Position numbers and translations under genes: made by a program
Shown here: positions 27,256 through 37,799 of the stretch, one piece after another
Layout of the letters: every line of letters starts with the position of its first letter
How positions within the stretch are numbered: position 1 is the first letter of the stretch
Assembly (NCBI GenBank): GCA_964652065.1
Contig: CAZYZU010000001.1
Coordinates: 1 to 43,198 of the forward strand
DNA: 43,198 nucleotides
Direction: 5' to 3'
Source of the DNA: an uncultured Muribaculaceae bacterium
GTDB taxonomy: Bacteria > Bacillota_I > Bacilli_A > RF39 > UBA660
Notes under the pieces: model-generated
Database searches by the model: none
What the model was told of the DNA's origin: nothing
What the model saw: the letters and a program-made list of their open reading frames with translations, nothing else

Positions 27256-29208
27256 TTATTGTGATTTTATTTCAAATAAAATATCACGTAATTCCATTGC
27301 TCTTTCAAAATCAAGATTCTTAGCTGCTTCTCTCATTTCTTGTTCTATTTCTTCTGCTTTTATGGCAATTTCTTTTTTAGTTAACTTCTTATTTTTCTTC
27401 TTTGATTTATCTTCATCTGTATTACTAATAACATCTCTTATTTCTTTATTTATAGTTGTTGGAGTAATACCATGTTCTTCATTATATTTTTCTTGGATTT
27501 CACGACGTCTTTTTGTCTCTTCGATAGCGTACTTCATTGAATCAGTCATTTTATCTCCATACATAATTACATGTCCATTAGAATTTCTTGCACATCTACC
27601 AATTGTTTGAACTAAACTTCTAGAACTTCTTAAGAATCCTTCTTTATCAGCATCTAATATTGCGATTAATGATACTTCTGGAATATCTATACCTTCTCTT
27701 AATAAGTTTATACCTACAACACAATCATACTTACCTATTCTTAAATCATGAATTATTTGAAGTCTTTCCAAAGTTTTTATTTCTGAATGAAGATACGCAA
27801 CTTTTATATCTAAATCTTTTAAATAATTAGTTAATTCTTCTGACATACGAATAGTTAACGTAGTTATTAAAACTCTTTCATCTTTTTCAATTCTTGTTTT
27901 GATTTCATCTACTAAATCATCTATTTGACCTTCTGTTTTTCTAACTTCTATTGTAGGATCTAATAATCCGGTTGGTCTAATTATTTGTTCAATATAATGA
28001 TTATTGGTGTGTTCTAATTCCATATCTCCAGGTGTTGCGGATACATAAATTACTTGATTAATCTTTTTTTCAAATTCTATATATTTTAGTGGTCTATTAT
28101 CTAGGGCACTTGGAAGTCTAAATCCATATTCAACAAGATTCATTTTACGAGCTCTATCTCCATTATACATTCCTCTTACTTGTGGAAGTGTAACATGTGA
28201 TTCATCTACTACTAATAAATAATCTTTTGGGAAGAAGTCCATCAAAGTTGTTGGAGTTTCTCCTTTACTTCTTCCTGCCATAGGAGCTGAGTAATTTTCT
28301 ACTCCTGAACAAAATCCTGTTTCTTCAAGCATTTCAATATCATAGTTTACTCTTTGTTCAAGTCGTTCTGCCGCAAGTAATTTATTATCTACCTTAAGTT
28401 CTTCTAATCGTTCTTTTAACTCAATTTTTATTCTTTTAAGTGCTTCTTTTAATTTTTCATCACTAACAACAAAGTGGCTTGCTGGAAATATACTTAAGTT
28501 TTTTTTATTACTTAATACAACTCCAGTTAAAGAATCTATTTCGCTTATTCTATCTATTTCATCTCCAAAGAATTCAATTCGATATCCTTTTGTATTTTCA
28601 TAAGCAGGGATTATTTCAAGAATATCTCCTCTTACTCTAAAGGTTCCTCTTTTAAAATCTAGATCATTTCTTTCATAAAGCATTTCTACTAATTTTGTTA
28701 AAATGGTATTTCTTTCTACTTGATCTCCTACAGTTAATGTTAACATTTTATTTTTATATTCTTCTACTTCTCCAATACCATAAATACAAGAAACACTTGA
28801 TACTACTATTACATCATCTCTTGATATTAAGGCACTTGTTGCGGAATGTCTTAATTCATCTATTTCATCATTGATAGATGAGTCTTTTTCAATATATGTA
28901 TCAGTTGATGGAACATAAGCTTCTGGTTGATAATAATCATAATAAGATACAAAGTATTCAACTCTATTTTCTGGAAACATCTCTTTAAGTTCAGAATAAA
29001 GTTGTCCTGCAAGTGTTTTATTATGAGCTAAAACTAGAGTTGGTTTATTAACACTATTAATTACATTAGCAATAGTAAATGTTTTACCAGTACCTGTTGC
29101 GCCTAAAAGTACTTGTTCTTTTTTTCCTTCTTTTAAACCTTCAACTAATTCTTTTATAGCATTAGGTTGGTCTCCAGCTGGTTTATATTTTGATACTAAT
29201 TTAAACAT
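27256..29208 (-). CDS. uvrB: excinuclease ABC subunit B
   Basis: 650 aa. GATGTGKTF Walker A, DESH box and a C-terminal UVR domain (...[21 protein letters not shown]). Confidence 0.97.
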   Translation of the reverse strand: MFKLVSKYKPAGDQPNAIKELVEGLKEGKKEQVLLGATGTGKTFTIANVINSVNKPTLVLAHNKTLAGQLYSELKEMFPENRVEYFVSYYDYYQPEAYVPSTDTYIEKDSSINDEIDELRHSATSALISRDDVIVVSSVSCIYGIGEVEEYKNKMLTLTVGDQVERNTILTKLVEMLYERNDLDFKRGTFRVRGDILEIIPAYENTKGYRIEFFGDEIDRISEIDSLTGVVLSNKKNLSIFPASHFVVSDEKLKEALKRIKIELKERLEELKVDNKLLAAERLEQRVNYDIEMLEETGFCSGVENYSAPMAGRSKGETPTTLMDFFPKDYLLVVDESHVTLPQVRGMYNGDRARKMNLVEYGFRLPSALDNRPLKYIEFEKKINQVIYVSATPGDMELEHTNNHYIEQIIRPTGLLDPTIEVRKTEGQIDDLVDEIKTRIEKDERVLITTLTIRMSEELTNYLKDLDIKVAYLHSEIKTLERLQIIHDLRIGKYDCVVGINLLREGIDIPEVSLIAILDADKEGFLRSSRSLVQTIGRCARNSNGHVIMYGDKMTDSMKYAIEETKRRREIQEKYNEEHGITPTTINKEIRDVISNTDEDKSKKKNKKLTKKEIAIKAEEIEQEMREAAKNLDFERAMELRDILFEIKSQ

Positions 29209-29266
29209 ACAGTCACTCCTTTATCCTTTCTTTATATAGTTTTTCCAATTGCTTCTTATTATAACA

Positions 29267-29295
29267 TAAAAAAGATAAAGATTAAATCTCTATCT
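29267..29295 (-). terminator. intrinsic terminator after the amine-dehydrogenase-like gene
   Basis: Minus strand reads AGATAGAGATT..AATCTTTATCT (one G-U pair) followed by TTTTTATG, then TGTTATAAT (extended -10) upstream of uvrB. Confidence 0.55.
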
Positions 29296-29305
29296 ATAGT
29301 TAATA

Positions 29306-30361
29306 TTAATTATATTTTAATTCTCCCATACGACTAGTTGGTATGAATCCTGATTCACTTTTTATAACATCTGGTATTCTATTAACAATAGTTGCACAAG
29401 TAAGTTCTACTGTTTTTGGTCTATTAATAACTAATTGTGTATTAGGTTCTCCTTCAACTGTCCAATCATTACAATCAAAGTCTTCTTCTGCATATACTTT
29501 ACCAATACATTCTGTTTCTAATGTTATTCCTTCTTTTGTAGTAGTTGTTACTACAGCACTCATTCCTGTTGCATCACCTTTTTTTACAGTCATGTTTAAT
29601 GTAGATGATGTTATATCGTGTTCACATGTTTTTGGAATACATTTTTGAGTTTGTCTTAAAACAGTTAATCCTAGTTTATCGCATAACCATCCATTAACAT
29701 TCCACATGTAACTTGGTAAGAATTCTCCATTGTTAATTAAATTATTTCTTTCTTCATCACTTATATTATCAGATGAGGCAATTTCACTCTCAAATCTATC
29801 TAATGGAAGTCCTGCTCCATGTACTTGAGCTAGAGCTATACCATAATCTTCAACATTGTATGAACTACTTCCTTTAATTTTTGTTATCTTAGTTGTTGCT
29901 CCGGCAAGTGTTGAAATTAAATTTCCCCAGAAAGCATCTTGATATCCACTTCCTGTAATTGTACAATTATTTTCTTTAGCAAGCATATCAATTTCATTTG
30001 TTAATTTTGGATTAGAATTAAATGGATAGAAAGCTTCTTCACATGTTGTGATTGCATTTACTCCTAATTTTGCACATAGCAATAAAATATCTTTTAAATC
30101 ACTCATTAAACTCATAGTTGTTACTATACAAATATCTGGTTTAACATCAAGTAATAATTTTTCTGTATCGGATACATTAGTTATTATTACGCCTTTGTCT
30201 TCTCCTCCAATAATTGTTGAAATATCTTTTCCAACCACATTTGGATTTATGTCTACAGCTCCTACTATTTCTGCACCTCTTTCGATTGCATAATTCATAG
30301 TATACTTAGACATTTTCCCACATCCATACTGAACTATTTTAATTCCTTCTAAATTTTTCAT
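29306..30361 (-). CDS. DapB-like NAD(P)-dependent amine dehydrogenase family protein (2,4-diaminopentanoate dehydrogenase-like)
   Basis: 351 aa. IKIVQYGCGKMSKY Rossmann N-terminus. The overall length and layout resemble Ord/DapB-N family proteins. Confidence 0.55.
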   Translation of the reverse strand: MKNLEGIKIVQYGCGKMSKYTMNYAIERGAEIVGAVDINPNVVGKDISTIIGGEDKGVIITNVSDTEKLLLDVKPDICIVTTMSLMSDLKDILLLCAKLGVNAITTCEEAFYPFNSNPKLTNEIDMLAKENNCTITGSGYQDAFWGNLISTLAGATTKITKIKGSSSYNVEDYGIALAQVHGAGLPLDRFESEIASSDNISDEERNNLINNGEFLPSYMWNVNGWLCDKLGLTVLRQTQKCIPKTCEHDITSSTLNMTVKKGDATGMSAVVTTTTKEGITLETECIGKVYAEEDFDCNDWTVEGEPNTQLVINRPKTVELTCATIVNRIPDVIKSESGFIPTSRMGELKYN

Positions 30362-30384
30362 TCTTCCTCCTTTATTATAATTTT

Positions 30385-30412
30385 ATTATACTAGTTATTT
30401 ATTCGATAGCAA
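30385..30412 (-). promoter_or_regulatory. candidate sigma-A promoter TTGCTA-16-TATAAT
   Basis: Minus strand reads TTGCTATCGAATAAATAACTAGTATAAT, about 20 nt upstream of the GGAGG RBS of the 29306..30361 gene. Confidence 0.35.
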
Positions 30413-30463
30413 ATGAAATTTCTATTATGTTTTTTCACTTGACACAATTTGTCCTTGCCTATA

Positions 30464-31783
30464 TTATCTTGTTTTTGTATTATTATCTAATAAATTATGT
30501 TTATTATTATATATTTTAGTATTTTCTTTATCTACAACACCAACTATATACTTTTTATCTATTACATATTGATTCATAGACATTGGTGATAAGAATCTCC
30601 TGGCTGATGGCATACATCTTGCTTTTTCGTCTTCTGTTGACTTTCTAATTATCTCTTCATTATTTGGTTTTCTAATAATAACCACTGCCCCATCAGCATG
30701 TCCAAAAATTCCATCTCCATAAGAGTACGATAAAACCCCATCTTCTGTAAATCCTGGTATAGCTGTACTATCAAGATTAGATGAACCTAAGAACAAACCA
30801 TTTTCAAGAATTGATTTAATATTTCCTGATGATGTGGCGTGATAATAATACTCTTCATCTGGATTTTCATTCTTTAGAAGATCATCCAAGTCAGACATAA
30901 AATCTAAATTATTATGGAAGTTATCTAATTCTTTTCGTGATTCTAATTTTTGAACGGCATTTTCACATCGCTCTAAAGTATTCATTATAGTACAATATTT
31001 TGGCAACGCTATTAAAAATTCAGCCCATTCTTTTATAGTTTTATTTCTATTGGCAATATGTTTATTTTCTATTGCTTCTACAAGTTTATATGGTCTATCA
31101 AAAAATCTTGATGTGTATTCTGTTAATCTAAATTTTTTATTACGATAATTTACTTTTTTTAATACATCTAGTCCCTGTTTTTCTTTTTCATTAAAGGTAC
31201 TAATAACTACATTTTCATCAATACAATCACTTATATCTTCATTTTGATTAAATATAGTTTGTTCTTCTTTTGGAGAATCATATTTTTGAAATGTATCTAT
31301 AACATTTTTTATAATTTCAGAATCACTTTCTTCATAGTCAATATGTTCTTTATCACAAATATTTAAAATATGATCTCTAATTTTTGTATATTCATTATAT
31401 TTTTTTTGATTTAATTCTGTATTTTCAAATCTATCATACCAATAAATTTGATAAATTTCATCAAGTCCTAGTTTACTTACTGTAGAACGATATTTTTCTT
31501 CTTTTTTACTATTTACGCCTCTTATTAAGCTTCGTAATTCTTGATTAACTGTTATTCTATGACTATCAGGATGTTCTATTTTTTCTAAATTTTCATATCT
31601 AATATTTAATTTTTCTGTTATATTTTCACCTTTTTTTAATTTTTTTGCTAGTTTTCAAATATATTCTATACTATCTTCATAATCTAAGGCCAAAACCGTT
31701 CCATCTTTGTTATAGAAAAAACCGTATCTTCTTCCAAAAGGAACTCCTTCATCTAACATTAATATATGATCTAAGTTATCCAT
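30464..31783 (-). pseudogene. 440-codon reading frame interrupted by one in-frame TGA (31655..31657); unknown function with an ART-like C-terminal signature
   Basis: ATG 31783 follows an AAGGAAG RBS. 42 codons (MDNLDHILMLDEGVPFGRRYGFFYNKDGTVLALDYEDSIEYI) precede the TGA. The next 216 in-frame codons (31007..31654) contain no stop and no ATG, GTG or TTG; I checked this codon by codon. The track ORF 30464..31006 is only the TTG-initiated tail of this frame. Confidence 0.6.
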
Positions 31784-31848
31784 TTTTTCACTTCCTTTAT
31801 TTTATAAAACTATTATATCTAATTTTTTATAATTTGTCTTTATTTTAC

Positions 31849-31875
31849 AAAAAAAGATAAAGAATATCTTTATCT
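31849..31875 (-). terminator. intrinsic terminator after the M23 peptidase gene
   Basis: Minus strand reads AGATAAAGA-tat-TCTTTATCT followed by TTTTTTTG. Confidence 0.7.
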
Positions 31876-31876
31876 C

Positions 31877-33049
31877 TTATGCTCCTGGAATATAAGTCCA
31901 AGGTTTAACAATATAATTTTTTATATATCTATTATAACAGTTACTTCCAGTTAAATTATAAGTCCAATCATAATCATTTGACATTTCTAAATGAAGATGT
32001 GGCCCTGTTGAATTACCAGTTGAACCCATATATCCAATAATTGTATTAGTGTCTACTGCTTGTCCCTTATTAACAGCAAAACTTTGCATATGTGCATATG
32101 TAGAGAATACTAATCTGCCATTATAGTTATGAACTATCTTTATTACTAACGCTCCAGCATTATCATAGTATTTAGCAACAACTTCACCTACAGCTACTGC
32201 ATAAATTGGAGCGCCATATCCTTTTCCAATATCTACTCCAAGGTGACCAGGATATCCTACATATCCTTGAGTAACATAACCTCCTGGAACTGGGAATCTA
32301 AATCCACTTGCTCCAGCACCATTATATGAGTTGCCACCACTTATTTTTTTAGGAACGCCACAGTCTAATCCTAAGACATCGTTTGACTTACAACCTTTAT
32401 TCTTCCAATAATTAACTTGATCTTGATACATTTTTATTTGATTTTTTGTAGAAGGCATTGTTACTCTTACTGATGCACTATCTGCTTCTATTCTATCTTT
32501 TTGACCTTGTAAATCTGAATTTAATTGTTTTAATTCAGACTTTTTAGCATCTAAATCACTTTTCTTTTGATTGTTTTCTTTAATTAATCTTTCTAAATCT
32601 TTTATAAGATTATCGTTGTACTCTGTTAATTGTTCAACAGTTGTCATCCTAGCAATCATATCAGTAATACTTTTAGCTCCAAAGATATATTCCATGCATG
32701 TATTTTCGCTATCTACTACTTGGATATATTTCATCAGTTTTTTACTTTGTTCTTTTTTATCTTCGATTTCTTTATTACTTTTTTCGATTTCTGCTTCTAA
32801 TTTAGTCATTTCTGCTTCTGCTTCTGTTATTTTTCCTTCAATTTCTGTAATTTTTTTCTTAACTTCAGCAATTTCAGCATCATTTTTAGCAAGTTTTGCT
32901 TCTTTTTCTTTTAATTCTGCAGTATATTTAGCAACTTGATCTTCATATTGTTTTAATGTTACTGCATGTGTATCTGTCGGTAGTGCAATGATAGATACTA
33001 AGAAAAATACAAAACATATACTAGTGATTACTTTTATTTGTTTCTTCAT
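31877..33049 (-). CDS. coiled-coil M23-family metallopeptidase (EnvC/PcsB-type FtsEX partner)
   Basis: It has a signal peptide and a long heptad-rich region (AELKEKEAKLAKNDAEIAEVKKK...). The C-terminal M23 motifs are HLGVDI and GNSTGPHLHLE. Confidence 0.85.
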   Translation of the reverse strand: MKKQIKVITSICFVFFLVSIIALPTDTHAVTLKQYEDQVAKYTAELKEKEAKLAKNDAEIAEVKKKITEIEGKITEAEAEMTKLEAEIEKSNKEIEDKKEQSKKLMKYIQVVDSENTCMEYIFGAKSITDMIARMTTVEQLTEYNDNLIKDLERLIKENNQKKSDLDAKKSELKQLNSDLQGQKDRIEADSASVRVTMPSTKNQIKMYQDQVNYWKNKGCKSNDVLGLDCGVPKKISGGNSYNGAGASGFRFPVPGGYVTQGYVGYPGHLGVDIGKGYGAPIYAVAVGEVVAKYYDNAGALVIKIVHNYNGRLVFSTYAHMQSFAVNKGQAVDTNTIIGYMGSTGNSTGPHLHLEMSNDYDWTYNLTGSNCYNRYIKNYIVKPWTYIPGA

Positions 33050-33948
33050 TAGACTTTTAAATACTTTCTTACGGCACTCGCACTACCAATCATACCGACT
33101 AATATACCAATTATTATTACTATACCTGATGTTGAATAAATAAATGGCTCTGGTTTAATTAACTTAATAAGTTGAGTAAATAAATATCCATCAAAATGTT
33201 TATAGAATGCTAAATAACCAAATGTTGTTAAAATTACTGGAATAATTGATCCTATTAATCCTAAGAACATTCCTTCTATAATAAATGGAGTTTTTATTGA
33301 AAAATTACTCGCTCCTACAAGTCTCATAATACTAATTTCTTTTTTTCTTGAGAATATTGTTAATTTAATTGTATTTATAATTAAGAATACTGTTACAAGT
33401 ATTAATGCAGCAACTGCTCCATAAGCAACTTTCTTAATTGATGTAAAGGCGCTAATCATTTGATCTACCATACCTTCACCATATTTAACTAGGTTTACTT
33501 CTTTTTGATTTTTTATTTCTTTGGCTGTTGATTTTATTTTTAATACATCTTTTACTTTTATTTTATATGTATCTTTTAAGGGATTATCTTCATCAGACCA
33601 TTGAGACATGATTGTATCAAATACTTCTGATTCTTTTTGCATACTTTCTTTGATACTTTTTTTACTTTCAAATGTATATGATTCTACATTATCCATATGT
33701 TTTATTTTTTTTGTTAGTTTTTCAACGTCCTCATCAGTTGTATCACTTTCTAGATAAGCAATTATAGTAACGTCTTTTTCTATTTCGTTAGTAAAATTTT
33801 GTACATTTAGTGAAGCTATTATAGAAACTGCTACTATAATTAGAGTTATAGTTATACAAGATATTGAGGCAAGGGATAAACTAAAGTTTCTAAATACACT
33901 TTTAACAGCATCTCTTATGCTTCTTGATAACATTCTAAATACCTTCAT
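33049..33948 (-). CDS. ftsX: cell-division permease-like protein FtsX
   Basis: 4 TM helices with a large first extracellular loop, directly after ftsE. The start is ambiguous: ATG 33948 or ATG 33933. Confidence 0.85.
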   Translation of the reverse strand: MKVFRMLSRSIRDAVKSVFRNFSLSLASISCITITLIIVAVSIIASLNVQNFTNEIEKDVTIIAYLESDTTDEDVEKLTKKIKHMDNVESYTFESKKSIKESMQKESEVFDTIMSQWSDEDNPLKDTYKIKVKDVLKIKSTAKEIKNQKEVNLVKYGEGMVDQMISAFTSIKKVAYGAVAALILVTVFLIINTIKLTIFSRKKEISIMRLVGASNFSIKTPFIIEGMFLGLIGSIIPVILTTFGYLAFYKHFDGYLFTQLIKLIKPEPFIYSTSGIVIIIGILVGMIGSASAVRKYLKV

Positions 33949-34633
33949 CGTTATAAGTTCCTTTCTCTTTATGTTCTACTAGTCTTCCATCTTTTAATGT
34001 AATAACTTGTTTTTTCATTTTATTTACGATATCTCTATCATGTGTAACCATAAGAATTGTTGTTCCATACTTTTTATTGATTGCTTCTAAAACTCTCATA
34101 ATTTCCATACTCATATCTGGATCAAGATTTCCTGTAGGTTCATCACAAAGTAATAATTTTGGCTCATTAACAATTGCTCTTGCTATTGCTACTCTTTGTT
34201 GTTCTCCTCCTGATAATTGATCAGGATAGTTATGAACTTTATTTTTTAATCCTACCATTTCAATTGCCTTTAATGTTTTTACTCTTGTTTCTTCTTTATG
34301 GGCTCCAAGAACTTCCATTGCAAAAGAAACATTTTCAAATACAGTTAATTTTGGTAGTAATCTATAATCTTGGAAAACTATTCCTAATTTTCTTCTTAAT
34401 TTATATACTTTTTTATTTCTTAACTTCGCAACATTTACTCCACCTACAACTATTTGTCCACTTGTAGGTTTTTCTTCACGATAAAGCATCTTAATAAGAG
34501 TACTCTTACCAGATCCACTTCCACCAATAACAAAGACAAATGCGCCTTTTTTTATTGATAAAGTCATATCATAAATAGCTGTTACGCCATTTTTATACTT
34601 TTTGTTTACATTTTTAAGTCTAATTAAATCCAT
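33935..34633 (-). CDS. ftsE: cell-division ATP-binding protein FtsE
   Basis: GGSGSGKST Walker A, LSGGEQQRVAIARA signature and LLLCDEPTGNLD Walker B. Confidence 0.9.
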   Translation of the reverse strand: MDLIRLKNVNKKYKNGVTAIYDMTLSIKKGAFVFVIGGSGSGKSTLIKMLYREEKPTSGQIVVGGVNVAKLRNKKVYKLRRKLGIVFQDYRLLPKLTVFENVSFAMEVLGAHKEETRVKTLKAIEMVGLKNKVHNYPDQLSGGEQQRVAIARAIVNEPKLLLCDEPTGNLDPDMSMEIMRVLEAINKKYGTTILMVTHDRDIVNKMKKQVITLKDGRLVEHKEKGTYNDEGI

Positions 34634-34677
34634 TATTTAACCTCCTTAGTATATTTAATTATAACACAAAATCCGAC

Positions 34678-34708
34678 ACAAAAAAAGGAGATTTAAGTGA
34701 AATCTCCT
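34678..34708 (-). terminator. intrinsic terminator after the YitT paralogs
   Basis: Minus strand reads AAGGAGATTT-cactt-AAATCTCCTT followed by TTTTTGTG, then TGTGTTATAAT upstream of ftsE. Confidence 0.7.
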
Positions 34709-34724
34709 TGTTTACAGTAATGTA

Positions 34725-35624
34725 TTATTTTCCACCTTCAACCTGATATGCATCGCAAGCTAAGAAGAATGCATCAGGATCTATTTCTTTTATTCCTTCT
34801 GTTACGATAAAATATTCACGAGATGGAATAACAGTTAATAAAACTTTTCTTCTTTTTTCTAGGAAACCACCTTTTACATCAAAAATAGTTACACTGTGTT
34901 TTAAATGATCCATAATATATTTACTTACTTCAACATCTTCACTAGTTATAATATAAAATGCTTTATTATTTGATATTCCAAGTATAACTCTGTCTAACAT
35001 AAAACTATTTATAAATAAAACTATAAGAGCATACATAATCATTGTCCATCCAAAGAATAATCCACCAATAAATACTACTATACCATTAATAATTAGGGAT
35101 GACTTTGAAGCAGCTATTTTAAATTTTTTATAAAGGATCTGGCTTATTATTGGAAGACCGCCATTAATAAAACCAGTCTTATACATAATTCCATTAGCAA
35201 GTCCACCAATAACACCTACAAAGACTGATATTAATACTAAATCTGTTGTCTCAACTGTTATATAATTTGTAATATGAGAAGTTAATTCTACAAAAATTGG
35301 ATATAAAAATGTTGCGACTACTGTTCCTGATGTTCTCTCTACTCCAAGGAACATTAAACTAAATATAAGCAAGACAAATGATACTGCAAACATAACAATT
35401 GAGGGATCCCAACCATAAATATATTTTGTAATTATTGAAATACCATTTACTCCACCAGCAACTATATTCGTTGGAACTAAAAAGATATTAAATACAAGCG
35501 ATGATATTAATAAAGCTAAAATCATCATTATATATCTTGATACTAATTTTTTCTTTTGAATTTTTTTTATAATATCATTTTCCAATAATTGTTTTGGAAC
35601 TATTTTTTCTGTTAAATTTTCCAT
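34725..35624 (-). CDS. YitT-family membrane protein (DUF2179 C-terminal domain), copy 2
   Basis: About 5 TM helices, with C-terminus ...IDPDAFFLACDAYQVEGG. Paralogous to the adjacent gene. Confidence 0.8.
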   Translation of the reverse strand: MENLTEKIVPKQLLENDIIKKIQKKKLVSRYIMMILALLISSLVFNIFLVPTNIVAGGVNGISIITKYIYGWDPSIVMFAVSFVLLIFSLMFLGVERTSGTVVATFLYPIFVELTSHITNYITVETTDLVLISVFVGVIGGLANGIMYKTGFINGGLPIISQILYKKFKIAASKSSLIINGIVVFIGGLFFGWTMIMYALIVLFINSFMLDRVILGISNNKAFYIITSEDVEVSKYIMDHLKHSVTIFDVKGGFLEKRRKVLLTVIPSREYFIVTEGIKEIDPDAFFLACDAYQVEGGK

Positions 35625-36506
35625 CTACTCACCTCCAAATACTTCATAGGCATCTGTTACTACAAAGAATGCATCAGGATCTATTTCATGAATACCTTCT
35701 TTTAGACGAAAATAATCTTTTGTTGGTAAGACGCATAATAATACTGTTTGTTTTTCTTTTTTAAAGCCACCTTTAGCGTTAAATACTGTTACACCATGGT
35801 TTAAATATTTCAAGACATATTCTTTTATTTTTGCTTCTTCTTCTGTAATTATATAGAAAGCTTTTGAATCTGATATACCAAGGATAACTCTATCTGACAT
35901 ATAACTTATTAAATATAATATTATTATTGAATACATTAATCTAGTTGGTCCAAATACAAGTCCTGATAAAAGAACGATTGTACCATCACAGAATAACATA
36001 CTTTTTCCTAAACTTATTTTTAAATACTTAGACATTATTTGATTTAGGATATCTGTTCCACCTGTTGTAAAACCTGCTCTAAAAATAATCCCTGCACCTA
36101 GTCCATATAGTACTCCACCAAATATAGCTGATAATAATAATTGGGATGTATCTATTGTTATATAATTACCTATATTTGATGTTAACTCTACAAATAATGG
36201 GAAAAGAAGTGTTCCTAATACTGATCCTCTAGTTTTTACTTTTCCTAGAAAAATATAACTCATTAATAATAAAATTAATGAACCAATTAATATTACTACT
36301 GATTTATTTAGGCCAAATAATCTATTTAAAATTATAGATATACCACCTACTCCTCCAGGAACTAATTCATTTGGAGATAAAAACAGGTTAAATGCTACTG
36401 CTACTATAAAACATCCTATACAGAATTCTATATATCTTTTAACTTTGGATTTATTATCAATTTTTTCTTTAATTTTTGATAGTTTCCTATTCATGAAAAA
36501 TCCCAT
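35625..36506 (-). CDS. YitT-family membrane protein (DUF2179 C-terminal domain), copy 1
   Basis: Same architecture as copy 2, with C-terminus ...IDPDAFFVVTDAYEVFGG. AAAGGGGAA RBS. Confidence 0.8.
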   Translation of the reverse strand: MGFFMNRKLSKIKEKIDNKSKVKRYIEFCIGCFIVAVAFNLFLSPNELVPGGVGGISIILNRLFGLNKSVVILIGSLILLLMSYIFLGKVKTRGSVLGTLLFPLFVELTSNIGNYITIDTSQLLLSAIFGGVLYGLGAGIIFRAGFTTGGTDILNQIMSKYLKISLGKSMLFCDGTIVLLSGLVFGPTRLMYSIIILYLISYMSDRVILGISDSKAFYIITEEEAKIKEYVLKYLNHGVTVFNAKGGFKKEKQTVLLCVLPTKDYFRLKEGIHEIDPDAFFVVTDAYEVFGGE

Positions 36507-36507
36507 A

Positions 36508-37606
36508 TTATATTCCCCTTTTTAAATTTTCTTCTATAAACATGTCTATATCACCATCTAATACTTTATTTACATTACTTGTTTCAACATTAGTACGATG
36601 ATCTTTTACCATTGAATATGGATGCATTACATAACTTCTTATTTGTGATCCAAAATCTATATTTTTTTGACTTCCTTTTATATTATTTAACTCTTGTTCT
36701 TGTTTTTCTTCTTCTAATAAAAATAATTTTGTTTTTAACACTTGCATTGCATGTTCTTTATTTTGAATTTGACTTCTCTCATTTTGACAAGTAACTACTA
36801 TTTTAGATGGAAGATGAGTAATTCTTACTGCAGAATCTGTTGTATTAACTCCTTGTCCTCCAGCACCAGTTGATCTATAAACATCTATTTTTAAGTCTTT
36901 TTCATCTATTGTTATATCAATATCTTTTTTTATATCTGGAGTTACCTCAATTGATGCGAAAGATGTATGTCTTCTATTATTGGAATCAAATGGAGATAAT
37001 CTTACAAGTCTATGAACACCTTTTTCATTTTTTAAATAACCATAAGCATTTGTTCCTTTTATTAAAATAGAAACACTTTTAATACCTGCTTCATCTCCGT
37101 CTTGGTAATCTAAGACTTCATATTTATAATTTCTTTGTTCACACCATCTTGTATACATTCTATAAAGCATTAAAGCCCAGTCACATGATTCTGTTCCTCC
37201 TGCTCCTGGATGAATTTCTAAAAGACAATTTTCACTATCATATTTACCATTTAAAATTAATAAAAGTCTTAAATTTTCTAATTCTTTTCCTAAATTATTA
37301 GTATCTTTTTCAATGCTTTGTAACATTTCTTCATCATTTTCTGCTTCTAATAAATTTAATATTTCTAGATTTGATGAGGCAACATCTTTTAATTTTTCTA
37401 ATGGCTCAACAACTTTTTTCAAAGAATTAATTTTATCAATTATCTCTTCTGCTTGTTCTCTATTATTCCAAAAATTTGGATCATTGCTTTCTTGTTCTAA
37501 AGCTATTATTTCTTGTTTTTTATCATCAGCTTCAAAGTGACCTCCATAGATCATTTATCTCTGTTTTATACGACTCTAATTTTTTTGTTAGTTCATTATT
37601 ATTCAT
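36508..37606 (-). CDS. prfB: peptide chain release factor 2, expressed through a programmed +1 frameshift (37606..37535 joined to 37533..36508)
   Basis: Frame 0 reads MNNNELTKKLESYKTEINDLWRSL then TGA. The +1 frame continues EADDKKQEIIALEQE... It has the SPF tripeptide (RLSPFDS) and the GGQ motif (TGAGGQGVNTTDSAVR). Confidence 0.9.
37532..37546 (-). promoter_or_regulatory. RF2 autoregulatory +1 frameshift site
   Basis: Minus strand reads TGG AGG TCA CTT TGA A. An internal GGAGG SD-like element lies 3 nt before the CUU-UGA slippery/stop site. Confidence 0.85.
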
Positions 37607-37765
37607 TTGAATTCCAACTTTCTTTTATATTCTACTATTATTATACACAATTATTTTTTTATAACAAATCTTTTTTGTTTTTTGTGTATATTTTTTTTAT
37701 TCCAACATAATATATTAATGGGGAAGGTTCACGAAATATGTGAAGATCCCCTGTATATATAGATT

Positions 37766-37799
37766 GGCGCTTAGTAAGTACTACTAAGTGCCTTTTTTT
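37766..37799 (+). terminator. strong plus-strand-oriented intrinsic terminator in a region where all neighbouring genes are on the minus strand
   Basis: Plus strand reads GGCGCTTAGTA-agtac-TACTAAGTGCC (11 bp, one G-U pair) followed by TTTTTTT. On the minus strand the hairpin is followed by AATCTATATATAC, which is not a U-run. Confidence 0.55.

Noticed and set aside
31655-31657. In-frame TGA read as Trp (genetic code 4), Gly (code 25) or selenocysteine
   Set aside because: prfB is present with an intact CUU-UGA autoregulatory frameshift site, and hxlR terminates at TGA, so UGA is a stop codon here. No SECIS-like hairpin follows the TGA; the downstream sequence is A-rich and unstructured. A nonsense mutation or a sequencing error is the simpler reading.
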